Below are positions 59,563 to 64,000 of a stretch of DNA of 64,000 bases, piece after piece. The translations under genes were made by a program, and so were the position numbers. The DNA comes from Octopus vulgaris. Its lineage: Eukaryota. The stretch spans positions 9,486,001-9,550,000 of the forward strand of contig OX597823.1 of NCBI GenBank assembly GCA_951406725.2. The letters run 5' to 3'. The notes beneath the pieces are model-generated. The model was not told where the DNA came from. It did no database searches and was given only the letters and a program-made list of their open reading frames with translations. The number at the start of each line of letters is the position of its first letter. Position 1 is the first letter of the stretch.

Positions 59563-59676
59563 CAAAACCTAATTCAAGCAAAAGCACTTTGAGCTAAATA
59601 TCACAAAAATGTGAAAAGCGTTCAGTAAATATATATATATATATAAAAAAAATATTTATATATATATATATAAAAA

Positions 59677-59741
<65 letters not shown>

Positions 59742-60409
59742 ATATATATATATATGTGTATATATATTCTTTCTAAAGACTGATAATGCATCGTTAAATT
59801 CTTTATATTTTATATACATTTATACAAACAGTGTGTGTATTCGTTCGTATCACTGAATACTTAAGAGTACATTTTGCAAGTGATACAGCTATAAAATCAT
59901 TTAACAAGAGAAATATAGCTGGAAAGCTTCCATAGATGTTGTGAAAGGCAACACGCAAGCAAGCAATATAATCTCGAAAAATCATAATCTACATAACAAA
60001 TTAAGGTGCATATCTGTAATATCCAACTAATTACAACAGAAATTCATGTGAACAATAATAATACGAGAAGTTAATAGGTTTTTAAAATCCTTAGTAAGTG
60101 ATAAGTGTCAACATAGCAGAAATGCACAATGTTGGAAATATTGACGTTAAACACGAACCGTTTAGAGCTTTAGAAACAGCATGGGGAAAATTTACTTCAT
60201 GCAAGGAGACCAAAATTATCGCAATCATTCTCATATTCCAAATAGAAATCGCATAGTTGTCAATTACCGAGCAATCTCATCGTTCAGCGCATGGTAGTTT
60301 TATATTTGTAAGATCGAATTTGCACTAAAGCAAATCACATTTATTTAATGGAGCTGTAGTATATCTGCTTGGTCACTATCTTTTCTATAAATATACTCAT
60401 ATATATATG

Positions 60410-60626
60410 TTTCTTTTAGTACCCACAAGGGGCGAAACACAGAGGGGACAAACAAGGGCAGACAAAACGATTAAGTCGATTCCATCGACCTCCAGTGTGT
60501 AACTGGTACTTAATTTATCGACCCCGAAAGGATGAAAGGCAAAGTCGACCTCGGCGGAATGTGAACTCAGAACGTAACGACAGACAAAATACCACAAAGC
60601 ATTTCGCCCGGCGTGCTAATGTTTCT
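60410..60626 (-). mobile_element. SINE family B, slightly 5'-truncated
   Basis: Body match; TSD ctcatatatat. Confidence 0.88.
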
Positions 60627-60649
60627 CATATATATATGTGCATATGTGT

Positions 60650-60716
<67 letters not shown>

Positions 60717-61251
60717 TAACAATAAGGGTTTTTGCAACAAGCTGCTTGTTGCAAAAACCCTTATTGTTATAATTATATAAGTTTTTACCGAATATGGTCC
60801 TTTTCCATACCGAATTACTACTAGGCGAAATTTGTTGATTTTATTAAATTAATTATATTTCACCCTATATCTGTAATAATTTATATGTATATATACACAT
60901 ATATCTATATGCATTTATATATATATATAAATTTAAATTTAAAGCAAGTAAATAAGGGTGTGTGTTTCATACTTTCAAAGCCAATGTGATTATATTTTTA
61001 ACCAATGAACAAGGTAGGCTGACAATTTTTATTTTTTTATTTTAGATTCTCGTTGCTTTGTCTATTTCAGTTTTCTATGAACGATGTGCAGTTCTCCAAA
61101 TGTCAGTCTGTTGTTTGATATATTTAAATAACTAACTTCATTTCAATTTATTCTTTTTGTCTGGAATAATGACGGCATTGAATCGTTAACTAGTTTTTTT
61201 CTTATTATGTGGAATATATTACACTAATTTTGTCATATAATTCCTTATGTA

Positions 61252-61306
<55 letters not shown>

Positions 61307-61745
61307 AAAGGGCTTAGTAAAATAAATTACTTTGCCGCATACTGAACTCATTAGAAATAGCAGCTAAAAAACTTTTTTAAAGCTATTTCTAATACTTAAA
61401 GAAAATCTCTCTCATATATAGTGTTTGCTTAATTCAACTCACAAAAGTTTGGGGGTAAGGACATCAAAAAATCAAATGCTAAGGTTATTTGAGAACGTAC
61501 GTTTCAAGATTAGTCAAAACAACACTTCTATCATCAGCTCAGAAACTCCTTGGTTTGGATTTGGAAACACTGAAAGTAAGAACATACCCTTTCGAAGATC
61601 TGCTCGTGACTAACAGTGCCAACGAACCCAAATAAGCAGGCGAAGAATTTCTGTTCTCCCCTTTCCACCAGCGTGGGTTAAAATCATCAAGCACTATGCT
61701 TATTTCGGTAAAATCCGAATATATATATATATATATATATATATA

Positions 61746-62142
61746 TCTTTATATATAAAAGTGAGGTTGTGTGCTGTCTGTCTCCTACGATTTAGACTCC
61801 TAACTACTCCCACATTTTGCGGTGCAGTTTAACCAAAGCGGGTATCTTATAGTCGTGATTCATATCGAGCCCTTCTGGGTATTAGCGCGCGTTTACAATG
61901 AGTCTACGATTTGAAAAAAAAATTACCATCAATTTTTCCCATTTTTAATGCATTTTTGGCATATATAAGTGAGGTAACTCTCTAAAAATTTATTATTAAA
62001 TCTCAGAACGTAAAAAGCTACAGTAACACCCCCCTCCTTTGTGGTTAGCCATATTGAGATGGCTATTATACTTAACATTTCTAAAAATGCTTATATAGTT
62101 ATTTCCCTTACAAACCCGAGCAACGCCGCGCGATACTGCTAG
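61746..62142 (+). mobile_element. Non-autonomous Helitron
   Basis: A|TC start, hairpin, CTAG|T; homologous to 51959 with an extra internal segment. Confidence 0.85.
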
Positions 62143-62699
62143 TCTTTTATACAATATCTTCCTCGACAAAAACGTAGATCACTTGTGCTTGTATGAATCC
62201 TTATTTTGCAATCCCACTAAAAGCGCATACACTCTGTATTCAATAAGTTATTGTTTATAAAGTCACAATTGTTAAGAGTAAAATCAAAGAAACCGACTCA
62301 CATGCTCTAACGGAACTTAAGCATCCAAAGCTATCCGTGTGAACTGTCTTTCGTATTAAAAGAAATGTTGATCATTGTTCATAGACACAGACTTGGTTAC
62401 AACTCTATGGAATTAGTTTATAGTGTACAGTTGAGGCATGGTGGGGAAACAGTTGTAAGATATCTGATGTATTTGTTCAACCTCGTTTGATAGTAGGATG
62501 AGCTAAAAGTTAACTGGAGTCATGCAATGGTGCTTCTACAACACAAGAAAGGTAATCATGCGGACTATAACTGTTGGGTCATTTCACTGTTGTCCATGCC
62601 TAGCAAAGGGTTTAAAGGAGATTGATGCTGCGTTGAGAGAGGAGCCAGGTTTTCCGGATTGCAAGTTCTGTGTGGAACTGTTGTAGATGTTGCTGAAAA

Positions 62700-63095
62700 T
62701 AATTGAGCAAAGCAGAGAGCAAAGAGATGGATGAATACAAGTATCTGGGTATTTTGGAGTACAACAAAATGAAGGAGAATGAGTTGAAGTAAAGCTCCAA
62801 GTAAGAATATCTAAGGAGAACCAAATTAATTATGGAAAGTACACTCAATGGAAAGAACAATATCAGGGCAATGAATACATGGCCTATCATCTGTGATATA
62901 ACGCAGGTGTTGGTAAATGGACAAAAAACTAACTTGAAGAACTGGATAAGAAAAACAGGAAAGTGATGACAGTGAACAAGAAACTGCATCCTAAAAGAGA
63001 TATCGATAGATTGAATGTGCTTAGAAACAAGAGAGAAAGAGGTTTCATAGAATGAAAGCATGTGTTGTCAATGAGGAAAGCAATCTGGAGTCAGG
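62700..63095 (+). mobile_element. Degenerate R4/Dong RT fragment
   Basis: EYKYLGILEY..EYLRRTKLIMESTLNGKNNIRAMNTW..LEELDKKT..LHPKRDIDRL. Confidence 0.82.
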
Positions 63096-63415
63096 GTGAC
63101 TTATATCAGTGAAGGCGAGAACAGCAGTGGCAATGGAATAGTAATGTTACTATAGTCGTCATATACACAGGACGCTACATACATACTTTCGTAAATACAT
63201 AGATACATGACACACACATACACAGATGGGGTGAGGAATACGTAGCTTTAAGTTACGAGGGATAGGTGCCACTTCTGGTGTCAATCGGTAAGAAATACTC
63301 ACACACAGATATATATATATATATATATAAATATACATACATGCATACATACTTACATATGTCTACTATGCATTATTTTAAACTCGTGATCACCTATGTA
63401 TACATTTTTATATAT

Positions 63416-63712
63416 GGAGGCACATGACCTAGTGGTTAGAGTAGCGGATTCGTGGTTGAGGGATCGCGGGTTCGAATCTCAGATCGGGTGATGTGTGTGC
63501 TTATGAGCGAAACACCTAAGCTCTACACGTTTCCGGCAGAAGGTAATGTCGAAATTCTGCTGACTCTTTTAGCACAACTTTCTCTCACTCTTTCCCCCTG
63601 CATCTTGCAGCTCACCTGCGACGGACCGGCGTCCTGTCAAGGTGGGGAACCTATACGCCAAGGAAACTGGGAAACCGGCCCTATGAGCCAAGCTTGCACG
63701 AGAAGGAGCAAA
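63416..63712 (+). mobile_element. tRNA-derived SINE with family A-like front and family D-like tail
   Basis: gagcgaaacacctaagctc and cacaactttctctcactct as in A; ggggaacctatacgcca..gaaaccggccc as in 5845. Confidence 0.8.
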
Positions 63713-63735
63713 CATTTGTAAATGAGTGTGTGTAT

Positions 63736-63774
<39 letters not shown>

Positions 63775-64000
63775 TGTGTCACACCCTATAACTGTCTAAC
63801 CCGATACTTTTTAAGGGTCCGTCATGTTGCTGTCATATATTGTGAGATTTTTAAATTACGTCAAATTCCAAATTTTGTACATTGAAATAAGTTTTCACGT
63901 TTAATCCGATCTTGTTATCCATTTGTTCCAGAAAAGTTACAGAAAAATGTTACTGAGGCTTAACGTGTAATCAACTTTACGTAATCACGAAACAGGATTT

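Overview
Very AT-rich, microsatellite-dense animal genomic DNA. The repeat content (tRNA-derived SINEs, long TA/AAT/ATCT arrays) suggests an octopus or other coleoid cephalopod; this is inference. I found no intact host protein-coding gene; nearly all ORF-track entries are microsatellite or SINE read-throughs. The window is a transposon graveyard: three or four SINE families, R4/Dong, Tx1 and CR1-like LINE 3' fragments, Tc1 (DD34E), maT (DD37D), mariner, pogo-type MITE, Chapaev3 and non-autonomous Helitrons. Main signals: (1) at least seven type I hammerhead-ribozyme motifs in two architectures inside short Penelope-like pieces lying mostly in or beside (TA)n, often with fold-back palindromes; (2) two SINE families whose 3' tails match LINE 3' ends present in the same window (Tx1 and CR1-like); (3) retroelement classes sorted by microsatellite type (Dong and CR1 in AAT, Tx1 in ATCT, Penelope-like in TA). 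All alignments and folds were done by eye and coordinates are approximate.
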